Source: Phoronis australis
Lineage: Eukaryota; Animalia; Phoronida
Length of the DNA: 32,095 nucleotides
Assembly (NCBI GenBank): GCA_002633005.1
Contig: NMRA01000844.1
Location: 90,600 to 122,694, forward strand
Reading direction: 5' to 3'
In this document: one piece after another, positions 13,201-24,130 of the stretch
Position numbering within the stretch: position 1 is the stretch's first letter
Layout: each line of letters opens with the position of its first letter
Notes under the pieces: generated by a model
The model's database searches: none
Told to the model about the DNA's origin: nothing
Seen by the model: the letters and a program-made list of their open reading frames with translations, nothing else
Position numbers and translations under genes: made by a program

Positions 13201-16200
13201 ACAAACTCCTTTTTTGTAGAGTAAGTAATCCGGTCTCATCAATGACATAGTAAATGTATTTAAAAATAATTTACACACATTACAGGTTTTTGGAGAGGAG
13301 TTGAAAGCAGTGAAATTTTTAAAAATGTAAAGTGACACCTAGTGGCAGAAGTCAGAAGTAAATCAGAATCTTACTAAAAAGTTATTCTGGCATTGTCTGA
13401 CAAGCAAAATAACACCCGTGAGTGGTAAAACATGTAAGTCAGTGACAGCAGCATTGACTAATGAAATAGAATACCTAAGATTACGTAATGTGCCCCAGCC
13501 TCTTGGGTGCTCAGTTACCACTGCAGCCATTTAAGTATTTAATGTTAACAAAAAATTGATAAGAGGTTCGCCCTGTCCCAGGATTACGGCAGGAGATGAG
13601 AGGCAATTGAACTCGTTAAATTAAGTCTATTTGATTTTCTTGGGAAATCCTGGGTAAAATATGTGTCACTTCAGCTTTACTACTGCTGCTGGTGTTTTGA
13701 AATGTTGCTTTGCGTTTCTACGCCTTTTAAATTTTTGTTCTGTTTACTCTTCAACAGAAGAGTAGCAGGATGTGTTATAAGAAAGTAAGGCAAACCAGCA
13801 GTTTTCCTGCACAAAAGTTTGTGACGCAGTCCATCGGCTTTTGTTAGGATGCTTCTGTAAGCTTCTTCAGGTTCTGGTTGTCACAAGTTAGTGATGATTG
13901 GTTAACAGTAATCTTACTCCACGGCACCTGCTATATATGTCTTTAAGATTATAAGCACAACTATATAATCTGGTTTTCTGATTGGTCAATTTAACATAAA
14001 AGCGCCACCGACCTAGAGCCTGAAATGTGCAAAATATTTCTTTCAACAAACACACTTTAAAAGTGTGCAAGTGTAGACGTGGGAACTTTATTTGCTAATC
14101 ACAAAGAAAAAATACGCTGTACTCACAACAGTCAATTCTAGGAGCTTCGGCCCATCGCCTATACTGACCTACATGTACGTATTCTATTGTTTAAGCTTAC
14201 AACCCCGAGACTTGCCGCGAAAGTTTGCACCGAGAATTCACCTATCGCCAGGATTTTAACTGACGGCTTAATTGTCGAATCATAACATAATATGCTCGAG
14301 TTTAAATCGAGAATTTTAGCTACATATAGGCCTACCAAATAAAGTCTAATTACATTGCTTCATTTTCATTTACTTATTATTGTCCAGCATGCGAGACAAA
14401 TGCCGTACGGTTAAATACTATCAGCGAATTTCCCTTAAAAAAGACAACAAGCCCGTCATTTTCAAGCAGTGATCTGTGGTCCTGGGTGGATGCTGGAGGT
14501 AGTTTGGCCTTTGATATCAATCCAGCTCCAGTCGTATAACCACTTTCAACTTGCCAGGACTTATTCAACGGAGCATTTTGGGTGTTTGTATCATGTTTCA
14601 GTATTTTACAGAAACAGGCTACAGTTTTCCTAAAGGAAATGTTAGCAAACAGAAGGTGTGGGTGTGCGCGTGTGTTTGTGCGTGTGCGCGTGCGTGTATT
14701 ACTGGTTTCAATCATTTCTATTCTATAATTCATTTCTGCAACACTTACCCCCGGTTTTTTTTCTTACATTTCTGAGAAGTAGGCTTACTGTTATCTCTGG
14801 TATTTACCTAAACCCATGAAATAAAAGTAGTGCGGCCTGTTATTTCGTACGCCCTGTCAAGCAAGTCGGCCTTAGAGGACTGTCACAACTATGTTTTCCA
14901 AAAACGAAAGATTTATGGAACTCTAAAAATCGCTCGGCCACAAAACCGTTTGTACAGTAGGAGGATGAGTTACAAACACCAATTAACGGATATCCTAAAA
15001 AATCACTTACCTCTTCCAGTCTTTATTGTCGACTCAAATGATGCTCGTGTAGTAGCCTTCAGTGTTAGCAATAATGGAACAAAATTGTGTCACGTGAATT
15101 CCACGACACAACAGAACATTCATTGACAAATGACTTGTAACGTTTTCAACTCGGTTGAAAATGTTTTCCTTTGAGTCGGCACTTCCTTTCACCTCGTTCT
15201 GTTTACGTACAGCGACACACTGAGGAAAATTATTTCGTAGTCACGTGATAATTAATCCGGTTTATTGTGATCCCGAGATAAATAAGTCGAGATCTCGAGA
15301 TCCAAAGAAAGTTAAGTAGGGATCTGGATACCCCGATATACTTAAGCCGAGATCTCGAAATCCTGAGATAATAAATCGGGATCTCGAGAGCCTGGTGTAA
15401 TTAAAAAAGAAACCTGTGATGTCATCTTTGGGCCACCGTAAGCATCAACTACAAACGAATGCCTTACTCAGGAAACAAGCAAGTCTATTGAGTAGCGTTC
15501 GAGACATCTTTGACGTCATAGCCCATCAAACGACTGTGTACCCCGGTTACCAAAGCTTAGTGGAACTATATATGTACTCAAAGATTCTTAATTTGTTTTA
15601 CAGCAATGGGTTCCTTTAATTGTCTCTGTAAAGCTTACACAAAGAAGGGTGATACGTGAAATTCGACAAAAACACTTGTCTAGTAAGAAAGCACAGACGA
15701 ACATGGTTACTTAAAAAGTAGTTTGGGATCGCCGACATGAAAAACACTTTCACTTGACTAAGTGGCGAATTGAACTGCAGACAAATACATGTAACAGTCG
15801 TTGATTTATGTATGAGAATAGGTAAGCGAATCCAAGTTTATCGTGGATAGTATTTATCCGTTTAGTGCCATGAGTTGAGACCAGTTGGGATTTCCTAAAA
15901 AGTGTAGAGGTCAAAGACGTGGTCAAGTAAATTACTACGTGGTAAATTACAAAGTGAATTTGCCTAACCAAATAACACTTCAATAAATTAAAGACACTCT
16001 GTCCTTGTCCCTCTTCAGTCGTCCTCCGAACTACACCCGCTCGGACATCAAAGACCGCCGTGACATCAGGTCCACCTTCTTCTTGCCGAGCTGCTACAAA
16101 TATACATAAATCAAAGAAGGTTAATTCTGAATACGAATGTCGAATTTGGGCATTGGGAGGATCTTGCAAAGATGACTATGTTAAGAAGAACTGCAGAAAA

Positions 16201-19200
16201 ACGTGTGAATGTTGCAAATGTAAGTCATGTTGACACTTGTCTAAGTATCTGCGTGCATTCAACAAATTAAGTTACCCTGCCTCAATATTGCCATTAGCTG
16301 ATAAAATGAAATAGCACTTTTAAGCTTTTCCTAAAACATTAAGATATAGTTGAGAGGGTGATGTAACATTATTTATGAAATGCGCTGGTGTACTTATGCC
16401 AACATCTAGGCCAACCATTTACAGGGGCAAGACATTTCGGTCGTTGTTTTTTCTTCATGCCAACTTCAAGTGTTACAGCATTTTGCGACTAAGATGTTTA
16501 GAGTCAGGCTTGTTTGAATTCCTGCGACTTTAGAACGCATACTCCAAAATGTTATAGTGATTTTGTTGTCACCAGATGCTTACCGGCACACAATGCATGC
16601 CATAAAGGAATCCCAGCGCCTCCTCTGAGCATTTTCAAAGTAGATGAAATTTCTGAGTTAAGAAAATCTTTCTTCCTCAAATTACGACATATTCAACCTA
16701 GCGAGGTAAGAAGTCGAACGCTCTCCGTATTTCAGTTCTACTTAGAACGCATTAGCTACAAATCACTTGTTCAAGTCACACCAGTCTCTCGATTGAACAA
16801 TATGGTCAGTTTCATCGTAAAAGTCTGATTGTGAAAGCAATTACGGAAAGTTTATGCTATTTAAGTAATTAATCCGATGGGGCTGATTAGTTTTTGGGAT
16901 AATGACTCATGACCATCAAGGTGCTTGACTTCGTTACTTTTCTCCTGCTATATTTTATGTTTGGTGTCTTTAAGGTTTTGACGTCTATGATTCCCGGTGT
17001 CGAACCGGGGCTGCAAATGGCCACTGCAATTCTGCGTCCGCAGATAAGAAAGAATGGATGACCAAGTACTGCTCAAAGACATGCAAACTATGTCGTGTTG
17101 ACGAGGGTAACTTTCGAGTTGGCATCACTTTTTTCTCTCTTAAGTCCGCTTCGAATTACACAAAGATTCACAGAACTCTAAAAATTACACTTCAATCGCT
17201 TTTTCGCTTTCTGCTTTCTTGTAGGTTGTCTGAAAACCGAAGAATCCGTAGGATCAGGAACGCTGGCCGTGACACCAGGAGGTGTTGGCGTTTGCCGAAA
17301 TGCTAGAAATATACATCAGTCGTCCGATAAGCCAAACGATCCAGACTATGAATGCCGTAACTGGGCTGCGGGTGGACTATGCAAAGAAGACTATGTTAAG
17401 AAGAACTGCAAGAAAACGTGTGAATGTGACAAATGTTAGTACCAAATGATCCAGCTTGAATATCACAAGCTTCGAGGTTCCAATTTCTAGGTTTTATTTA
17501 ATTTATATTTCTGGTCCTTGTGTATGTGCACTTGCTAATCACGTATCGTTACGAAAAACAATAACTTTTTAAACACTCCGTTGCTCTTGTACCGTTTTCG
17601 TTCTCAATGGAAGGGCCGTTTGCGATGAAGCACTTCAAAATCTAGTCCCAGCACTTGTGCTATTGAGTCGAGTCCATGTTCATGATGGCGTGCTCTTTGA
17701 TGCGGGCCTTACACACTGAGACCATTTGCAGATGACACAATCTCGCAAGCGCCAAAACATTCTCGAACGAATCAACAAATCCAACACATCTGCTGGACTT
17801 CTGCCTTCATACTCCAATACTGGCGTTTGCTTTTGTATTCCAAAACTATCTTCGTCAACTCCCACATGGCGGCTGTTAATGAGTACACACGGTGGTGCTT
17901 TGCTGGCAGATCTTTCAATTGCATTATGGGCGTTATCACATCGTTAAGATCCGGTGATCTCACGGGAAATGTTGGAGAGATGTAACATGAAGTGTGTTGC
18001 TTGGACGCAAGAACACTTCACGAGATATCGCCCCACATTACAAGTGAATCACGTGATCACGCTATCATCCTTCGCTATATCCATGCGTCATGCGACCACC
18101 AAACTTAACAGACCGTCAAAGTAGCCAAATCTTCTAAAGCAAATAGAGTAATCTTGATGTGTTTAAGACCACCAATGCGTACCCAAGCAATTGTAGTTGA
18201 AATCTTGAGTGGATGTTATTTGCATATGTAAACTAAAAAAGTTTAAAACCTGATAAGATTACCGGCACACTTGGGGGGATTCTCAAGACCGCTACGTATC
18301 GTGCTTGAAAGTATTCGATAGTAGTTCACATTATTGTTGGTTGCATACATGTATGTAGTTTAGACGTTGTCACTGTTATAGCAATCTTTTATAAAGTGGT
18401 GACACCGACACTAATATACAGTGTAGATGTCTGGGACTCTCAGCAGAACAGACCCACAGAAAGCATACATTTGGTAAATATACATTGGGAGTCGACTGAA
18501 CAACGGCCAATGTCGCTGTACTGGATAAACTGGGTCGTACTGGTTACGATTGTAAGAAATACAAGATTATAGGTACTACAGAAAGTGCAACAAGATGTTG
18601 AAGCTATTAGATGACAGTGGTAAGATAACCTGGGCCATTCTTAACAATCATTGACGGATTCCTCTAATTCCCTCGACCCCTCACCCCTGGATCCTCTCGA
18701 CCCACGACTCTCTCTACCCACAATCACCTTGACCCACGACACACGATCCCCTCGACCCACAACACCCTCGACCCACCATTTACGTTACCCAAAGTCGGCT
18801 TCGGCTCCGTCAGGTTATCGACTCACCTTGGGCTTTGCTGGGTTTGACTATTACACTGATCAGAAGTAGTAGAAGAATCAGGCAATGAATTCGATTTCCC
18901 AATTTCGTCGGCTGTGAGGCCATATGAACTCAACCCACTTGCACGCTAAATGTCACAGACATATGTGAGCCACAACCAACTGAACCAAGAGGCGGTCAAT
19001 ATTCACAAATACTTAACAATCACATCACTGACAAAGGCCTGGCTCACCCGTATTCACCTTTTCCATGATGAAATTAACATGGCGTAAACACAGTACATAC
19101 ATTTACACGTAATCCTACGTGTTGTAGCCCTTGATCTGGAACGGGGACGAGCGTCTGGCATACCTTGCCCTAGAAGGGAAGCAATTTGTCCCTTATTTAA

Positions 19201-22200
19201 AAAATGCATATATCTTAAGATGTGGTGGGTCCTTCATCGTAACGCCGCTTTGTGTTTGCTCGAAGCACGATTCCGTGATTGAAATTTGCTGAACAAAGTG
19301 TGAATCCCGACCAAAACTCATGTTCCACAATGCAAAACGGTGTACAAACCGATTTCATTTCAGTGCAACTTTTATGTCCTTAGGAAATTCGAACACAAAA
19401 ACGTTCTTGGTCAAGTTGCAAGCTCCAAAAACGCACATTTTTGTTGTCTGAAAAAGGCAGCCCTCCGTGGATTTTCCTTACAACTCCCCAGTATCGCACT
19501 TGTAAAAACAAAAACGGCGGAATCTTGTCTCCCAACCATTATGTACAATCCAGACAACAGAAATCTATCTTTTAAACATTTTTGCTTGTTTCTTAGCAAA
19601 TTAAGCTATTAAATCTTAAGATTTATCAGTGAAATACTTTTTGAGACACAGGGTTACGGTGGGAACTCTTTAAGAGCACTGTCCTGCTATTCAATCCGGC
19701 ATAACAAGAAGCAGGTAACCACATGCTTCAAACGCACCATAAACAAAGCTTATACATCATCGAAACAGGAACAAATCACCGTTTCTGAGAGAAACGACAG
19801 ACAGACCTCCGAAGCACTGAAAACAGGGCGATGCTTTTTTCGTCCTACTGTATAGCAGTACACGGAAACCGACGATGGACAGGAGACGCGAAATATTTTT
19901 CAGTTTGACGAATGAGACTGCCACTACAGCTGGCTGGTAATGTTGGAACGCGAGCTCTGTCTGCATGAGACCTGCCTAGTGGTACACTTATGTGCTCATC
20001 CAAAATATCTCGTGCAACAAAACTTAAAGCTCGAATTTTTATTCAAAATATGGGCTTTGCAACACTGAAATAGGTTGGGGCAATAGCCCCCTAGCCCCCT
20101 ATGGTGCGCCGCCTAATAAGGTTGTTTTTCAAAGAGGGTAAAATACATTTCAATTATTTAACGACAGTTTCATAGCTGACACCAAATAATAAAAATATAC
20201 AGGTAAAAGCTGCGACAATAAATCATAAATCATGATGAAATGCCCAACGTTCAACTGAGAATTCTACTGATATTATCTCAGACAATACTTCAGCAGTTGT
20301 TCTGAGCGAAGATTTTCTTAAGTGATCTTTTTTCTTTTGCTTTTATTTTTGCAAAAGTAAACGCCAATAATCGTCGACCTCCTTTCTAAACCACGTGAGG
20401 GCAGTAAAGCTTTTTATGAAATGTGTAAAAAGCGCAAAGATTTATTGCAACAGATACTGGGTCGAGGGTGTCGAGGGGTTTGGGAGTCGAGTGTGTGGAG
20501 AGAGTTTTAGAACAATTCAACATTTAATACAGGTCTGTGGTTTGGCTTTGTTTGGACTTAACAAAATTATGTCGATTGTGTTGCATTTTTCAAAATAATT
20601 TCTTGGGTACTTATAGACTGCGCCTTCCAGGAATTGAAGTAAGAAATACATGTAGCAGTAAGCGTGTATTTTTGCTAAGTTGCATAATACCTTAAATGTT
20701 GCTCCAAATTTGAAAGTTATGAAATGTTGCAAGATTTGCAGTTACGTAACTAAAAGTGGTTGTTCTTCTCATGCTCTTGAACGCAAAGAAGCGAGAGGAA
20801 GATGGAGAATTAATGCTGTGCAAATATTGCAAGGCAATTAATTAGTGTGAAATTGAAGACGAATTTTAGTTCTTAACAAGATGCTTTCACTTGAGGTGCC
20901 AATTTAGTCAAATTCAATACTAAGTTACATGAATAGCATTTCAAGTACGTTGTACGTTCTTGGTAAATCTTTCAAAATTCACCAAGAAAGCTTTTCTCAT
21001 AAGACCCAGTATCTAAGTGCTTCTGATTATTTTAAATTCTGTTTAAATCAGCCTGCCTCTGTTTGTGTTTGTGTACTTGGTGTGTATTATGGGCTGGCGG
21101 CCTTTAACGTACCAAGAATAATGTATAAACAAATTTTTCGGTAACATAAGGTCATTTTCATGTCTAAATCATAAATCTTCATTTGCGACGGTGTGAATAA
21201 CACATTGCAGTTAGTAGATTTACGAAATGTACCAGTAGGACCGATGAGACAATTCGAAGCCTAGTTGGACTAGTGAAGAAGGTTTTATCGCACCTTATCC
21301 ATCTTTGCAAATCTGTGACTCTATTCCAACCCTCGGTTCACGAATAGCCAAGTTTCCTTCGCCCAAGAATGACTTGTAGCAAACTAGTGTACAACTTTGA
21401 CTCAAGAGTCCCAAGGATGTGCATCACTGTGGGTAAAAACCATCCCTCTATAACAATGCATTGAACGTTTTACCGTTCTCAAGTATCGTGTGAGATCCCG
21501 ATAATGGCGGGTTAAAACATTTAGGGTTTAATTTGGCAGAATTTTAGTTCACAGAAGTTATTAAGAAATGGTAAAAATAGTTTCCCAGTTACACAGAAAT
21601 GTCACCTATACCTCGAACCAACCGTAGACCACCATGCACAGGTGAAGGTTGTTTTGATAACTGAAACATACACTAGCTTTTTTGCAATTTCAAATATGTT
21701 CGGACTACCTTTACCACAAGTCAATTTACTCTAAATGTCCATTTTCCGCAATAACTATAAGTCTGCTTAAGTCCGAGTCCGTTGATGCCCCGATTGTAAA
21801 GACCAACCTGGTGCACATGCAGAAACATATCTCAATATTCCTGTTGTAAAAGGTGTAGACAATTGTCAGGTCGCGCTGGTTGTGGAATTGATGTCAAAAA
21901 TTTGTTGTCCCGTATTTCAAGGGCGAAATGTCTGCTTATAGAGCAAGACTTTTTCTACCATTCGATGTATCCGTCTTTGTTGTGGAAGTCAGAAACGAAC
22001 ACATTCATCAGCATTGGCCCAGAACTAATACAGTTACAAACTGCGCTAAATTTAAATTGGGGCTGACAACTTATTCCTTATCTCTGTAAGTGCTCGGCCA
22101 AATAAGTTGGAAACAACATAGAGGGTGTATAGCGACGTTGTAAAATGAAAATTACCACATTTGTGGCGAGTATGAGCCGCCGAAAATCAATAAACGGTGA

Positions 22201-23440
22201 GCGGTAAGTGGTCGTATTGACTAACAGCAAAGAGTGCAATATAATTCTATGTACACTACTTGCTAACATTACTTCACTTGCGGCCTAAATGAGCCCGCGA
22301 TGTAAGACATCAGTGCACAACTTACCTTGCTGGACTATATTAGCCAGCGAGGTAAGTCACGCGTCTTAAGACCACCTGTTTGCAGATTGTTTTTGTTTTC
22401 ATATTTTCAAGATGTCAATTAAAACAACTGAACTTCGTATAACATATCCAATGTTAAAACAGCATTGGCGTTTAGTCCCTGTTAGCATAGTTACGAGCAC
22501 ATCATCACGTTCTTCAGCACACACTACTGAAGGCCGAGAAAGTAACAAGGAATGCCTACATGGGTAGCGTGATTAGACAAGAGCAGAACCAGTAGAGGAT
22601 AAACTTACATTACGTACCCTGTCTGGAGGAGACTCGATATTTGCACTATGAATGTCAATATTTCGCTTTACTCTGTACAAGATTTCTGGAAGGAATTCGA
22701 AAAGCTACTTCAAAAGTGTGGCATTCAGCTTCCTAACTGTCTGTCTTATGATATTGTTATTCTTGGACTTTACAAGACGCGTGATTTTCTATTTAACATT
22801 TTACTTCTACTAGCTAAACAGAACATTTACAAAGAGAGATGTCACAAAAATATACCTAATTTTCTCAAGTTCGTTACAAAAACTTATGAATACTATAATG
22901 CTGAAAAATTAAATGCACATAAAAACTTTGTACATGACAGCTTCTCTGCAAAATGGGAAAAATTTATTGTTCATGTTAACTTCATGTAGAAGATATTTAC
23001 TTTAAACGAGATACATGTACGAGAATGGTCTTCCTGAGGTGTGCATGCGTGAATGAATGGCGTACATGTACTTATTTGTTTGTTTGATTTTTGTAATTGT
23101 TTGTAAAGGATAATAAATACATAAAAAAATATATTTCGCTTTAGGATCACGGAGACCGATTAAAGTCCAGGATGTAAAAACGATCTGCTTATGTGACAAA
23201 CTGGCCCAGTGGAACCTTTACTCGGTCGTACCCTGTAATATGTGTGCATGCTATACTGAGATTTTTCGCCGAATTCATATTTCTAAAAAATTGACAGACT
23301 TCCGTCTTTCATCTAAGGTTTTGACGCTGACGAACAGCAGTGTCGCAAAATGGCTGCAACGCTGAGCTGTTCACCAAAAAGCAAGATTGATAAAGAATGG
23401 ATGGCTAATAATTGCGCAAAGACATGTAACCTTTGTGAAG
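2306..23440 (+). CDS. Multi-exon gene (partial) encoding a poly-ShKT (ShK toxin-like domain) protein, at least 10 domains, ~515 codons in this window
   Basis: Ten exons with polypyrimidine-AG acceptors and GT donors. Intron phases are mutually compatible (all phase 1 except the exon 3/4 junction, phase 2) and the summed length of 1545 nt has no stops. Each exon encodes C..C..C..C-x-x-[TA]-C-x(1-2)-C. Start and stop not identified. Confidence 0.9.
3636..3695. repeat. Exact tandem duplication, 2 x 30 bp (intronic)
   Basis: ACCACGGAGTCATACTGCCTGCTGCCAAAC at 3636 and 3666. Confidence 0.95.
4211..4351 (+). CDS. ShKT gene exon 2, ShKT domain 2
   Basis: catttccag|AGACA...GAAG|gtaaca; 141 nt, phase 1-1; (E)TGRECVNQDSDEKCWTNKLLGNCDTSGHMMSRCYRACSGCGGLADE; shares the CYRxCSGCGG end with exon 1. 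Confidence 0.9.
5446..5606. repeat. Minisatellite, 9 x 18 bp (intronic)
   Basis: TCAACCGAGGCCCCTTTG repeated essentially perfectly with period 18. Confidence 0.97.
5838..5994 (+). CDS. ShKT gene exon 3, ShKT domain 3 plus linker
   Basis: ttgccgtag|GTAAA...ACACG|gtttgc; 157 nt, phase 1-2; (G)KDCLDTSVSCTANKMQGLCDQSPEQMARACRKTCGFCDQQKYEEALRNSKT. The phase-2 donor matches the exon 4 acceptor. Confidence 0.88.
6748..6881 (+). CDS. ShKT gene exon 4, ShKT domain 4
   Basis: ctttttcag|GCTTTGC...GACT|gtaagt; 134 nt, phase 2-1; (R)LCKDEIDVSIYGPDSCQQFSNDGQCAKNDWVRNKCKKTCGECLD; absent from the ORF track. Confidence 0.92.
7253..7520. mobile_element. MITE, probably PIF/Harbinger-derived
   Basis: Imperfect TIRs GGGCCCTTTCCAAGATACTGACTT and (rc) TGGCCCGTTGCAACAAAACTGACTT, flanked by CTG at 7250-7252 and 7521-7523 (3-bp CWG-type TSD). 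Internal perfect 15-bp inverted repeat 7277-7291/7302-7316. Confidence 0.6.
7656..8170 (-). mobile_element. Degraded coding-like remnant, possibly the N-terminal gag region of a DIRS-type retrotransposon
   Basis: Minus-strand fragments in shifting frames give a Cys/His cluster (..CPRLCLRT.., ..GHTC.., ..QTCGVCEGFS..) followed by a Ser-rich ORF (7656..7934). Family assignment is a weak pattern match only. Confidence 0.2.
9485..9661 (+). CDS. ShKT gene exon 5, S/T/P linker plus type-A ShKT variant (A1)
   Basis: ttgttttag|CTGGC...AAAT|gtaagt; 177 nt, phase 1-1; (S)GLSSTPATSGDICRTATNVHRSDTPGDPDYECRLWALGGQCKGGYVKTNCMKTCRCYK. Confidence 0.92.
10229..10268. repeat. (TG)20 microsatellite
   Basis: Perfect TG run. 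Confidence 0.98.
10565..11230. repeat. Degenerate purine-rich minisatellite (unit roughly 25-30 bp)
   Basis: Recurrent variants of GGGACATTCCACAGGGAACAGGAGAC, e.g. GGAATTCCACAGGGAA near 10742, CATTCCACAGGGAACAGGAG at 11101 and GGAATTCCACGGGA near 11213. Boundaries approximate. Confidence 0.8.
11744..11875 (+). CDS. ShKT gene exon 6, type-B ShKT domain (B1)
   Basis: gcattatag|GTTAT...AAGG|gtgggt; 132 nt, phase 1-1; (C from T|GT)YDLDERQCRSRAEQGGCLSDTKSHQTWMDAHCAKTCKLCESDK. Confidence 0.92.
15269..15390. repeat. Degenerate ~30-bp tandem repeat (about 4 copies) rich in GATC(T/C)CGAG palindromic cores
   Basis: ATCCCGAGATAAATAAGTCGAGATCTCGAG-like units recur through the interval. Confidence 0.7.
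16019..16219 (+). CDS. ShKT gene exon 7, S/T/P linker plus type-A ShKT variant (A2)
   Basis: ccctcttcag|TCGTC...AAAT|gtaagt; 201 nt, phase 1-1; (V)VLRTTPARTSKTAVTSGPPSSCRAATNIHKSKKVNSEYECRIWALGGSCKDDYVKKNCRKTCECCK. Confidence 0.92.
16975..17106 (+). CDS. ShKT gene exon 8, type-B ShKT domain (B2)
   Basis: gtctttaag|GTTTT...GAGG|gtaact; 132 nt, phase 1-1; (C)FDVYDSRCRTGAANGHCNSASADKKEWMTKYCSKTCKLCRVDE. Confidence 0.92.
17225..17434 (+). CDS. ShKT gene exon 9, linker plus type-A ShKT variant (A3)
   Basis: ttcttgtag|GTTGT...AAAT|gttagt; 210 nt, phase 1-1; (G)CLKTEESVGSGTLAVTPGGVGVCRNARNIHQSSDKPNDPDYECRNWAAGGLCKEDYVKKNCKKTCECDK. Confidence 0.92.
18655..18790. repeat. Degenerate CCTCGACCC(A/C) short-period repeat; a related partial copy lies in opposite orientation at ~20458-20505
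   Basis: Multiple CTCGACCC motifs here; GGGTCGAGGGTGTCGAGGGG at 20459-20478 is the reverse complement of the same motif. Confidence 0.65.
21330..21830 (-). mobile_element. Highly degraded non-LTR retrotransposon (LINE) reverse-transcriptase remnant
   Basis: Minus-strand translation includes ..NGLGLKQTYSYCGKWTFRVN.., resembling the post-YADD 'GLQ..L..L..YC.KW.L.VN' motif, and further on ..KLYTSLLQVILG.., resembling 'EK.H..FCK.ILG'. Many stops and frameshifts. Confidence 0.4.
22620..23130 (+). mobile_element. 5'-truncated L1/Tx1-type LINE: ORF2 C-terminus plus 3' UTR
   Basis: CLEETRYLHYECQY (frameshift) SVQDFWKEFEKLL...VILG...FNILLLLAKQNIYKERC..PNF..F...Y..EK..A.......F..KW matches the 'E...HLF.EC..V..FW...N.ILL.AK..IY..R' tail of L1/Tx1 ORF2. 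Stop at 22989, then AATAAA and an A-rich tract at ~23112-23129. Confidence 0.8.
23318..23440 (+). CDS. ShKT gene exon 10, type-B ShKT domain (B3)
   Basis: ttcatctaag|GTTTT...GAAG|gtttgt; 123 nt, phase 1-1; (C)FDADEQQCRKMAATLSCSPKSKIDKEWMANNCAKTCNLCE. If the donor is not used, the frame ends GLLSTLLQQLMSLI*. Confidence 0.9.
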
Positions 23441-24130
23441 GTTTGTTGAGTACACTTTTACAACAATTGATGTCTCTAATTTGAAACATAGCATTCCTTG
23501 GTAAACGGTCACACAGTTTGCGATGGTCAAATTCTAATAATTGTCAAAATAAGGTTTTAAGAAGGTTCCCATCGCTATTACCACAATTTGTAGCCAACAT
23601 CTTCGACACATGGTATTGCAGTTAATGCGCTTGATGCACTAAGTGATACGAAGAATTTGTGTAAAAAGAGGAGGCTGCAGCCATGTTGTAGTTTACAATG
23701 GCTACAGGATTTGAATTGTAAATATGATACTCGGCATAGTTGTCATTGATTTCAAAGGAAAGCCACTTTGGTCTTATATCCTAAAATAACTGCCACAATA
23801 TCACTTTGATTGGTTTCCATTTGCTTACGTGTGAAAAAATACTTTTGGAATAATACTACGCTAACACGACCGAAAAAGCTCGACATACAGGCGAGCTGTA
23901 CTTTGGCATTTTGGCCAGCAGTTTTTTGCTCTCATCCGAGATGCTTTGAATCGAAACTCGATTAACAGTTTAAAGTGTAAATTGCAAGGTCTAAGTATGT
24001 TAAATTGTAATAATATTTTCAAGATATTGTTAGTTAGATATATCTTCTTCCAATTATCATATTATTGTGTCTGTAGTTACGTTAAAAAGCGAAAATTTAA
24101 AAAATCCGCGAAAAGTTGACCTTTGGCACC

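Noticed and set aside
15750-16169. 139-aa minus-strand ORF
   Set aside because: Antisense shadow of ShKT exon 7 plus intron sequence.
2306-23440. Claim that these domains are Kv1 channel blockers
   Set aside because: None has the ShK Lys-Tyr dyad at the equivalent position (A domains have G/D-Y, B domains T/E-W); the KY in B2 is displaced. Activity cannot be inferred from sequence.
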